Made by a program: the position numbers and the translations under genes
Notes under the pieces: model-generated
Told to the model about the DNA's origin: nothing
Databases searched by the model: none
The model's input: the letters and a program-made list of their open reading frames with translations, nothing else
Shown: piece by piece, positions 14,183-26,228 of the stretch
How positions within the stretch are numbered: the first letter of the stretch is position 1
Layout: each line of letters opens with the position of its first letter
Origin: Eledone cirrhosa
Lineage: Eukaryota
Assembly (NCBI GenBank): GCA_964016885.1
Contig: CAXHJY010000913.1
Location: 1 to 64,000, forward strand
Direction of reading: 5' to 3'
DNA: 64,000 nucleotides

Positions 14183-14343
14183 CGTGTGTGTGTATATATA
14201 TGATTTTGTGCTCGCGTGTATGGGTATACATATATGTATGCATACATATGTATGTATATGCACACACACACACACATACACACACATAATATAATATATA
14301 TATGTATATATATTAATTAATTCTCTATCTCTCTCTCTCTCTC

Positions 14344-14377
<34 letters not shown>

Positions 14378-14681
14378 AGTACATTATCGGAGAAAGCTAA
14401 TAGCGATACTCCGGCCAAATCCCAACTCACTCAACAAACATTAGGAAATAAGTGAATATATTCCTAATTAAACGTTCGTGGTGCTAACTAATTGTATTGT
14501 GTGGAAAATTTGCTGTATCATTTCATATTAGATATATCAAATATATCTCTTCCCAGGTGGACGTCTCATTTCATTATAAGATTTCTACAGGTTGGGTGAA
14601 ATTATACCAATTTATATAGAAGCTTGTATAAGATCAACAGGAACTTATTCAAGTGGGCTCTTATAATTCTTCAGTGGGTGC

Positions 14682-14774
<93 letters not shown>

Positions 14775-16007
14775 AGTTAATGATTGACCCCAGAATAAAA
14801 TACTTTTTGAATGAAGGGCACTATACACTATATATACATTGAGGAAAATTTAAACTATCCTAACGCCATAAATAGTCATCTTTGATAAAACTGAACTATC
14901 AGACAAGAAGTGGTGAATTAATTTGGTCGTTAGAACATTGGCTAGAATACTTTAGGGTATTTGGTCCGTCTCTCAACGTTCTGAGCTCAAAATCCTCTGG
15001 GGTGACCTTTGCATTTCATCGTTTCGACATCAATGAAGTAAGTACCAGTGAAATGTTATAGTCGATTCGTCGTCTGTATATATTTCTCTCACCCTCCAAT
15101 CTATCTATCTACCCCCCTCCCCTCCTCTCTCTATCCTCTATATATATCTCTCCCTATCTATCTCTTCAATGTTCATACCTGGTTTTAAGTTGATTAGAAA
15201 GAGTTATTTTTGTAATATTTTATTAGTTTCTCCCAGAGAAATTGTTGACCTTATCTGTGTTTATCCGTCCGTTTAACATGTCCTTTTCCTCTTGTGTGTG
15301 TACTGTTTCGAACAACCCTTACATTGTCATCACTCTTGAAATATTTTGCTGACCAATTTTAACATACGAACTCCATTAAGTGTACTTATATTTTTATTAC
15401 AAGTGTAGCTAGGAAAATTTAATTGCAATACGGTTTTGTTTATTTCATTTCAATAGTTATGTTCTATTGACAGATAAAATATAATTCTATTTAAACACAT
15501 AAATCATTCAACAGGTTTCATGATATACAATTGAACATTTGAGAAAGTTATTGTGCTCATTTGCATATTTTAGATTTAAATATATAATTAACTAATTTGC
15601 ATATTTAATTAAATATTGAATTGGTTACAGCTTAGCATATGTTGCCAGCATATTTGGCTTAATTATTCTGTTACTTACACAACTTGAGTTACTTCATTTA
15701 AACTTCTTAATTAGCTGAAATTCAAACTTCAGTTCTCAATATTTGAAGATAAATCGTTTTCTCAATGTTGCCTTTTGAAGACACCGTTGTACACACACGC
15801 AGAGACGTACACAAATTATTTCGTTATAACCTGAGAGCTTTGTGGAAGATATGATAACTGGGGTGTTCTGTAGTCAATCTATGAACCAAATATATAAAAT
15901 ACAAGAATTTAACTCATTCGTTACCATATTTCTAATGAAAAGTTTTGCCTTTTATTTTCAAATAATTTTGAAAAGAATTAGGAGTTTGAAAACTTATTAT
16001 TATTTCC

Positions 16008-16189
16008 GGCAGTATCGGTAGAGGGTCGGACGCCATGCTTTCCAGCATAGTTACGTCCCTTTACGATCTGAGTTCAAATCCCGCCGAGGTTTACTTTGCC
16101 TTTCATCCTTACGGGGTCGATAAAATAAAGTACCAGTAATGCACTGGGTAATTACTGGCCTTGTGCCTAAAGTAGAAACAATTATTTCC
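16008..16189 (+). mobile_element. tRNA-derived SINE
   Basis: Same family, with a flanking ATTATTTCC direct repeat. Confidence 0.9.
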
Positions 16190-16588
16190 TTTAAGGAGGA
16201 GGAAGGGCAAGCAGTCTTCATCTGCCTGGTGACCATGACCAAAGAGATTGTGTGGTGGACAGGGTTGAAAGGGTTGAAATAGAGGTATATATAATTGGTC
16301 ATATAGTAACAAACACTCATAAATGTTGTTAGAATTCCTTCGTTACCGGCCACCAGTTTTCCCGTTGATTGAATCAAGGCAGCTGCCTGCTTGTAAAGTT
16401 AACCCGCAAGTAATTGAACATTTCACACACGGTTTGTGAGCTAAAAAGCATTACTAGCGAACCACGCACCATATCTATCTATGTCTCTTTCACTCTCTGT
16501 CTCCCCCTCCCCCACTTCCTCTTTCTGCTCCCCCCCCCCATTTCTCTTTCTCTCTCTCCCTCTCTTTACATATATATATTTGCATTCA

Positions 16589-16649
<61 letters not shown>

Positions 16650-16823
16650 GTAATTGCATCAATCATTTCAGAAACTGTAAGTAATATAGTGAAATATATC
16701 TTTTTCCTGCTATCTCTACCTTGTACCATAGAAGAAAATGGCAATTGTAAAGAATTCGAGAGCATACCAGAGATTAAACTTATTCTACACTTCTACCTAA
16801 TGAGCTAGATTAACGAACACACG

Positions 16824-16854
<31 letters not shown>

Positions 16855-17825
16855 ATGCATATATTTGTACGTGTATGTGTATGTATATGTGAATATATAT
16901 GTCTATATGTGTGTATATATCTGCATATATGTATGTATATATGTGCATATATGTATGTATATATGTGTGTGTATGTATATATATGTATATATATATATGT
17001 ATATCTGTGTGTATATATATATATGTATATATGTGTGTGTGTGTGTGTCTGTATGTATATATATGTGTGTATAGATATATGTCTGTATATATATATATAT
17101 ATATATATACATACATATACATGTGTGTGTGTATGGTGTGTGTCTTTCTGAGTAAAGATTATATATATAATCAGCATTTAATGTGTATCGAGGTTGATAG
17201 AAAACACTGGTAATTGGATTTAAAAAAAAAAAAAAAATTGAAAACCGATTACTTTAGGTTAATAGAAAAAAAGAAAACAAATTTCTGTATCATTAGCAAT
17301 AATTGATAAAATTAATCACATTGCTAGAGTCCTACTTTGTTAATGGCAGGTAGTTTGAACATCCTTGCACTATATATTATCTTGTAAAATGTAATTAGTC
17401 TTTCTGTCTTTACTACTGCGGGATTTCAAATCAGAGGACTTACCGTGACAGAACAACTATCAAGTCTTTTATTAAATGGGTATATGCTAACAACCCTACC
17501 ACTTCACCTATTTCAAATGCTGGTTTTATTCGATATGAACATGGTATTAATAACGTTGAGATGGCGTAAACCACTACAATTGACCCCATGGTTTGATCTC
17601 CGACCTCTTCTGGAAGTTGTTAAATCACAATGTTCATCATATAAACTTATTTCGTAGTTAATCTAGCAGTAATATTTAATGTAAATGTAAAGAGCCCTTA
17701 ACTTATTGTGGAGTGCCATAGAGGTGGTGTCCTGAGACACACTGTGATCCTTCGGTATTTTAAACCTGGTGGTGTCCGCTCTTCTCTGCAACTGGTCACA
17801 TCCGGTTACTGTGAGGGTTAGAGAA

Positions 17826-17974
17826 AGAAAAACCCCTATACTTAATTGGCACTTATTTTTTCTTCATATTGAATTGGTGAAAGTCAAAGTTGACCTGAGA
17901 AAAACCCTTATACTTAATTGGCACTTATTTTTTCTTCATATTGAATTGGTGAAAGTCAAAGTTGACCTGAGAAA
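17826..17974. repeat. About 72-bp tandem duplication inside a decayed SINE
   Basis: TATACTTAATTGGCAC...AAAGTTGACCTGAGAAA occurs twice. Confidence 0.85.
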
Positions 17975-18225
17975 TTTAAACCCTGGTCGCAATGAGCCGC
18001 TCTTAAGAAGCCGGCATTTTTAATCTAACTTTTAGCACTTACAATAACGAAAGCAATATCTGTAGGAAATTAGAAGAGTGAAAAAAGATGCAAATAGATG
18101 TTACTGCAATGTCTTTCACTATACAGACGGCTACCAGAGGGCAGGCTAATCAATGGGAGAAAAAGACAATCAAACCATGGAATGTCGTGATAGCTTAACA
18201 GAAAAAAGTAACCGGCCGTTATGTA

Positions 18226-18285
<60 letters not shown>

Positions 18286-18304
18286 CACACACATACACAC
18301 ACAT

Positions 18305-18366
<62 letters not shown>

Positions 18367-18534
18367 AAATGTTACAGTATCGTGAGAGAGAATAGAGAGA
18401 AGAAGAGTTATAGAAGGAGACGATACAGATAATTAATTGGCATAAGCAGGTGCATTCGTGCTCGATGCTTGTGGAAACAGGGTTAATTATTAGAAGCGTT
18501 AATATTTAGTGTGCGAATTTAAGCAGAGCAATTA

Positions 18535-18792
18535 TAATCGAAGACATTGATGAAAGAGAAGCCAGTCGTTAAAATATATTTATAAGAAGCTCTTACACAT
18601 GTTACGCTCAAGAGGGTCTCTTCAGAGGCACACAAGGAAATAAAGGATTTAATAGGGATTTACATGGTTCCTTATTAAATCCTTTATTTCCTTGTGTGCC
18701 TCGGAAGAGCCCTTCTTGGGCGTAACAGGTGTAAGTGCTTCTTATAAATATATTTTAACGGCTTGCTTCTCTTTCATCAATTTCTTCGATTA
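18535..18792. mobile_element. About 124-bp-arm inverted repeat carrying decayed hammerhead motifs (pLTR-like fold-back)
   Basis: Arms 18535-18658 and 18669-18792. Each carries a CUGAAGA-like core, a GCCC/GGGC-like stem II, and GUAAC in place of GAAAC. Confidence 0.6.
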
Positions 18793-19027
18793 CACACACA
18801 CACACACGCGCGCACGCACGCACGCACGCATGCACGCACGCACGCGCGCGACTGATTGTCAACGTAATGCAGATCTCGGACACGAGTCTTTCGTAAACTT
18901 TGACCTATTGTAACCCAGAGCAAAGCAGAGCTAATTATTCCTAATATTGCCCGTAGCCGCTTCACGTGGGAAACTCCACTGATATACAGACAGACAGACT
19001 AATAACACGTAGAGAATGGAAAACTAG

Positions 19028-19063
<36 letters not shown>

Positions 19064-19257
19064 CACCACACCACCACCACCACCACACCTACTACTACTA
19101 CTACAACTACTACTACTACTACTACGGATTAGTTCAAGGCAACATATTCAGATGAGCAGCAAACGGTTGATTACATTTATCCTACAGATACTTTATTATC
19201 CAGCGGAATATTTCCTCTTCACTACAATGAAAAGGATAGGAACCGATCGTGAAATCG

Positions 19258-19878
19258 GAGCAAGGAAACTATGTTTCTATTGATCTTTCCATTGCTGATA
19301 CTGTCTTTAAATCAAGGAAACTATTATGTTTCTATTGGTCTTTCCATTGCTGATACTGTCTGTCTTCAGATCAGACCAAGGAAACTATGTTTCTATTGGT
19401 CTCTCCATTGCTGATACTGTCTGTCTTCAGATCAGACCAAGGAAACTATGTTTCTATTGGTCTCTCCATTGCTGATACTGTCTGTCTTCAGATCAGACCA
19501 AGGAAACTATGTTTCTATTGGTCTCTCCATTGCTGATACTGTCTGTCTTCAGATCAGACCAAGGAAACTATGTTTCTATTGGACTCTCCATTGCTGATAC
19601 TGTCTGTCTTCAGATCAGACCAAGGAAACTATGTTTCTATTGGTCTCTCCATTGCTGATACTGTCTGTCTTCAGATCAGACCAAGGAAACTATGTTTCTA
19701 TTGGTCTCTCCATTGCTGATACTGTCTGTCTTCAGATCAGACCAAGGAAACTATGTTTCTATTGGACTCTCCATTGCTGATACTGTCTGTCTTCAGATCA
19801 GACCAAGGAAACTATGTTTCTATTGGACTCTCCATTGCTGATTCTGTCTCTCGTAATATCAGACCAAGGAAACTATGT
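19258..19878. repeat. 61-bp minisatellite, about 10 units
   Basis: Unit CCAAGGAAACTATGTTTCTATTGGTCTCTCCATTGCTGATACTGTCTGTCTTCAGATCAGA. Inner units are nearly identical and edge units are degenerate. Confidence 0.95.
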
Positions 19879-21087
19879 ATTAGTCTTATAAATGCTAATA
19901 CTATCTGTCAGTTACAAATCCTGGCAGAAGGAGCAACGTAAAAATAAAGTAATTTGTTGTAAAACAAAATGCGCCGCTCGTCCCAGGAATCGAACCTTAC
20001 GATCGTGAGGTTAATGCCGTAACAACTAGACCACGTGCCTTCACTAAAGTTATCAGTCAAATGACCCTGAAATTGCACATAAAATACCCTGCTCCCTAAA
20101 AAGCACATTGTTTATTACAGTTCTGAATGTATTATGTCTGTAACCAAATACGAGTGTGTGATAACTGGAATGCTTTTGATCTTTTTGATATAGATCATAG
20201 ATCCTCCATCAGACAATAAATGCGCAAGAGACCGAGTATTACATTGAAGCATATACCCTTAACCCTTTTGATACCCCCACTACCACCCCGAGAGACCCTT
20301 TGTTCTATGAAACAAATCATCTCATTCACATCGTTTATATCTAAATGGAATTGTAATCATTACGGGCCTCGAAACTAGTGATTTCGTTTTAACAATTACT
20401 TGACCTGAAGAATTTCGTCATACATCTATATACTACTCGGTTTTGTTTTTATTACCAGTAAGATCTAATACACTTCTAAGCGTATTTTATCAAGCACAGG
20501 AACATAATAGTAATGGTGACTAGGTATGTATTGTACGAAAACCAAATTATATGACATTAAGATATGAATACAAACAGGAGAATAAACAATAGAATGTTTG
20601 TATTAAAATTACGAAAACTACAACTATATCGGTCTGAATAGCCGATTTTAGATTAAATCTTATATCCTACATAATATACACAAAGCAATGATTTTAAGAA
20701 ACCAGACAATGTTGCTGTGATAAGTTATTTTATTTCATATCATCACTCAGTTCAAAATTCCGAAAAATGAAAATAAAAATAGTACACGAAGGATGTGTGT
20801 AATTTTCCTTTTTCCTTTGTAGTATGTTGCTGGTGAGTGTGGTCGATAACATTTCCTTATGTACGTGGATGGCTTTGGTTTGTTCTAGATCTATTCAAGT
20901 TCAGATTAAGACAATTGATGGTCTTATGCACACACACACACTGAATACGGCAAGGAGTGGAAGAGAGGGGAGAGATTTGGCTCCAGTACTAGACTGGTAT
21001 TTTTTCGATCTCGTAAAGATTAGCCAGACAAATAATAGGTGTAGTCATGGTTATGTGTTTAAAGTGCTTGATGCACAATTACATGGC

Positions 21088-21120
<33 letters not shown>

Positions 21121-21133
21121 CCACGCACCCACG

Positions 21134-21194
<61 letters not shown>

Positions 21195-21466
21195 GCGGAA
21201 GAATAAAATAAGTGATATATAAACATCTAAAGAAGGGCATAACTCGTTAAGTTGTTAACAGACTTTCACAACTGACTGATAGAGCATTTTCCGTTTTTTG
21301 TTTTTTTTTTCAATTCCTCGCATCCTATGGGTGACCTTTATCCAATCCTCTGCGAAACGCACGTAACAGGTCGATACACAATAAAAACCTAAATACATCT
21401 AAACGAAAGTTCATTGTTTTTCTTAGTGCATGAAACAGTTCTAGTCCTGTAGAAGCCATTTCTATA

Positions 21467-21851
<385 letters not shown>

Positions 21852-22125
21852 AAACCCATAAACCATCCAAAAAATTAAAGTAACTATTAACTTGTCGAGT
21901 CTCATTATCTATTTGTAAATATCTTCCTGACGAAAATTAGAAAATTTAGACTACATTTAACCAAAGTTATATTTGATTATATATCAGAATGTGTGTGTAA
22001 ATCAATCTCCTCTCACTCTCTCTGTCTCCTTTTCTGTACATGCATACACGCAAACACATACACATAAGTATACACACACACACATGCCCGTATACAATGC
22101 ATATATATTATACTTCATTCTTTGA

Positions 22126-22159
<34 letters not shown>

Positions 22160-22802
22160 TAGACTTAATGATTAATTGATTAATTTAATTAGACAATTCT
22201 ATTGATTGGTTAATTGTTTATGTTTGTTTAATAACATGTAGTTGAGAGCTTTTATTCGGTTTGTGTAAAGGAATTTGACCGCCAAAACCGGGGGTTACCT
22301 CCCTTCGGAGAAACCACGTGACTACTAGCAGTGTTTACTACTAGTTCTTGCAACAGGCGGCGGCAGAACGAAAACTTGTTGACGAAGTAAATTCCACTGT
22401 TCTATCTTCCAAAGACCAATTAACTTGCAGGCCCCTGCAATTGGATTTTGTTGATTTCGGATATACAGAAACCTAGTGGAGATGTTATATAATATTATGT
22501 AATATATCCACGATGGTCTAGGTAACTGTCAAACATTTCCCAGAGTCGGGTTTTTCGTTGTTCTGGTCCTAGCGGCTCGCATTTCGGTTGCTGGCTTCAA
22601 TTTGCAGAGGTGTCTAAACGTAATGTTATAACTCTAAGGTAAAATTCTTTATTGAGTGCTTTTGGCTGCACTTCCCGACAGCATTCGTTAGCTTGCCCGC
22701 AACCAGAGCTTCGATTATGCTGCACTACCTTCTTGTATATATATATATATACAAGACTGGAATTGAACCATCAGCACAGTTGAGGTATGTCAGACATCAA
22801 TT

Positions 22803-22849
22803 TATTTTATCTGATGAGGACGTACTGATGAAACAGCTCAGTACCTCTG

Positions 22850-22856
<7 letters not shown>
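22803..22856 (+). ncRNA. Truncated hammerhead copy (3' strand of stem I replaced by (TA)n)
   Basis: Inverted copy of the 23095-23160 motif. It runs CUGAUGA...GAAAUA and then directly into (TA)n. Confidence 0.6.
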
Positions 22857-22891
<35 letters not shown>

Positions 22892-23010
22892 TTTGCTTAA
22901 ACTTTAATCTGTTATTTTAATAAATATTTGCTCTACGGTTCTTATACATTTGATATATATTTATCCTTATCGAGCCCTCTTTGGATTTTAGTCTTCAAAT
23001 TTATTATTAT

Positions 23011-23052
<42 letters not shown>

Positions 23053-23094
23053 CTTCAAAATATTAATAAATATAGACATTCATGTGATCAAATA

Positions 23095-23160
23095 TATTTT
23101 ATTATACGTATTTCAGAGGTACTGAGCTGTTTCATCAGTACGTCCTCATCAGATAAAATA
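23095..23160 (-). ncRNA. Type I hammerhead ribozyme, intact core
   Basis: Minus strand reads UAUUUUAU-CUGAUGA-GGACGUACUGA(UGAAACAGC)UCAGUACCUCU-GAAA-UACGUA-UA-AUAAAAUA. Stem I is 8 bp and stem III is the palindrome AUACGUAU. Confidence 0.8.
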
Positions 23161-23269
23161 AATTGATGTCTGACATACCTCAACTGTGCTGATGGTTCAA
23201 TTCCAGTCTTGGCAGTGATTAGTTATGACAAAACTCAATATTTATATACCATAAGTAGTAACATGATAG

Positions 23270-23342
<73 letters not shown>

Positions 23343-23894
23343 AATTCTATTTCATTTTCATTTTAATTATTCTATCTGTACATGTATGTATGCTATGACT
23401 GTGCTTTGTTTCAATAATTATTATTATTTGAGATTCCCTCTTAGCACCTGTAATTAAGAACGGATATAAGGTGGAAATTTTCTCTTCTATGAACTCTGGT
23501 AAGAGGTTTTATTATATGTGTATGTATATATACATACACACGCATATATATACACATACATGCACATAAATACACACGCACACACACACATATATGTATG
23601 TATACATATGTGTCTGTGAATGAAATTCATTCCTTGTAAGAGAGTCTTCATTAGTAGTTCTTTGTGTGGGATTCTTTTAAATATATTTCTAGATTTCTAG
23701 ATTTGCGCTCATTCAATATGTTTCTATACCTTTTTCAACCTGGCATCTACGTCATAAGTATGTTCTTACTTTTACTCACACACCTTCACATATATGGGAA
23801 TTAATTACCTCCCATCCTTTCTGTCGCATTTTTGTCTTACGAGAACATATATTTACATATTTACAATTGCATATATATATATATTTACAAATAT

Positions 23895-23965
<71 letters not shown>

Positions 23966-25426
23966 TCATACATCATACATACATACATACATACATACAT
24001 ACATACATACATACATACATACATACATACATACATACACACTTATGTGAAGAAAATGTTCATATATAATAGCATAAACATAAGAAAAGCAAATAAGCCT
24101 CCTGTTGTTTCCATTGTATTGGTAAGAAACGCTTTGTATGGCGGGGCAATAGGTCCTCAGTGAAGAGATCCCACACAAACAAGTGTTTCAGCCCTTAACT
24201 TCTTAGACTGTAAGTGGGCTGGACCACATCCAGATCATGAGTGCTGGTGGCCCTTTTGCTGATATTTTGCCATTTTGGATATCGGAGACTTATGTATGGA
24301 GATTTTGTTGAAAGTATCTAGCTGGAATTCCTCTCAGTTGCCTCTACTTTCAAACCTTTATCTAAACATTTTCTTGAGTTTGGTAGCCATAGTAGCGGTG
24401 AGACGTCAATAGTGTCACCGCTGACATCAACACTACAACCATAACTTACTCAGAGTTACTTCCTTTATAAAATATAAACATAATGCCCTCTAATAGTATG
24501 GGGTTCGTTTTTTCCTCCTCGATCCGATCTAGCTGGAACACCACTTCCCTGCCTCAGATATTGTCTTCAGCGTTTTGGTCCTGTTTTTCCCAGCGTCTGA
24601 AAGTTGTTTCATGAGATTGTTGGCAGATTTGCATCAAATTCTGTGGTGAGAAGTTTGACCTGGAAGTTTAGCTTCACTCAGGTTGTTGGCCAAACTTTCC
24701 ACTTTGCTGAAAGATCTCTTTTATTAACTAAGCATACAAAGAGATGTGACTCAATTGAACGTGTTCATGTGTCACCGTTATATCTCCCTATTTTTAAAGG
24801 CAATATTTGATTGAATCCTTTTCGAAATATTTATATCTGCATCCACGTATTGATATATCTTAATCTCAGAAGATCCCATTGCAGGGGGAAAGCGGAAATT
24901 ATTTCTGTACGCTAATTTCACAAGCGGGCTGTTTCATTGAAAAAATGGAACGTTCCGAATCGGAACCCATGGAGATCCAAAGCAATACACAATGTATGTG
25001 TTATTGAGGATGTACATTTATATATAAGTGACTCTGTGTGTGAGTACGGTCATATTATCTGTGTTTGCTCAACGAATGTGCCATGTAGACAAGAGATTTA
25101 TGTATCTACAGCTTACTACTATGGAAATAAGATACAAGAACTAAACAGCGGCACTAATGAATCTTTGGGATTTAAAGAAATGTAGGTGAACAGTTACTAA
25201 TTACCGTAACAAATTGAAAACATTCCTCTACTCCGATATACGTACGAAAGAGATAAATATCAATCCTAATTATTTAATCAACGCCCGGTACAGCTATTTG
25301 GGAAATACAGAGACATGAGTTTCATAGAATTTAGGAGAACATCGATAAAAGAAGTAATGAATAAACAGCTTTTCTCCATTAAGTAACGAATGTGAGACTT
25401 TAACTTAGAATATCTATCTATCTATC

Positions 25427-25457
<31 letters not shown>

Positions 25458-25480
25458 CTATACACATGTACACACACACA

Positions 25481-25565
25481 CGAGAGTAGGCTGAAAAGTA
25501 CATAGGCGGACCAAGATACTCTCATGGAATGACCAAATGAAGTTTATTAGTCAACATATTCCCTG
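25481..25565 (+). mobile_element. Possible mariner-type terminal fragment
   Basis: CGAGAGTAGGCTGAAAAGT... resembles the start of a mariner TIR (TACGAGGG...AAAAGT). No partner TIR was found. Confidence 0.35.
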
Positions 25566-25657
25566 GAAAAAAAACACAGCAGTTATTCATGAGGAGATTT
25601 GAAATTAATACATGCAAGATTTCACAGCTCTAGTATCACTCCTTCATATTTATCCTC

Positions 25658-25697
<40 letters not shown>

Positions 25698-25797
25698 TGC
25701 TGACAACATCAAAATATTCCTAACAAGCTCATATGTCCCAAGGCTCTGATACCATCAACACTATACACACAGAGCTGGCATATCTAAGAACTGACTA

Positions 25798-25843
25798 ACT
25801 GCCTGATGAGGTCATAGGCTATCATCGAAATATATATAGCAGT
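25798..25843 (+). ncRNA. Minimal type I hammerhead ribozyme, intact core
   Basis: Reads ACUGC-CUGAUGA-GGUCAUAGGCUAUCAUC-GAAA-UAUAUA-UA-GCAGU. Stem I is ACUGC/GCAGU, stem III is palindromic, stem II is weak. Confidence 0.8.
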
Positions 25844-25927
25844 AAATACAGGATTATGAGTTCATGCAATTGACTTATGTTTCGTCACTATATATATATA
25901 TATATATATATACACGTGTGTGTATGT

Positions 25928-25984
<57 letters not shown>

Positions 25985-26144
25985 TATAGTTTCACTTTAA
26001 ACACACACATAATCCAATGCATCCATTGTATTTTGAGACCGGTGTGTAATTTGACTCATACAATATCTAGTTACTGACAGTAGCAATTGATTTTGCAACA
26101 TCCTCTGTATGTAAAACAATCTGTAAATTGCGCTCAAAATATAT

Positions 26145-26228
26145 AATTGTTTCTACTTTAGTCACAAGGCCAGCAATTAACCAGTACATTACTGGTACTT
26201 TATTTTATCGACCCCGTATGGATGAAAG
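26145..26228 (-). mobile_element. 5'-truncated SINE
   Basis: 3' half of the same family. Confidence 0.85.

Larger units (their letters stand above)
22752..23260. mobile_element. HHR-bearing element with about 100-bp inverted duplication, broken up by (TA)n tracts
   Basis: 22753-22854 is the reverse complement of about 23109-23210. The middle segment recurs, rearranged, at 48591-48710. Confidence 0.7.

Noticed and set aside
19258-19878. CRISPR-like periodic array
   Set aside because: There are no unique spacers, the context is eukaryotic, and there are no cas genes.
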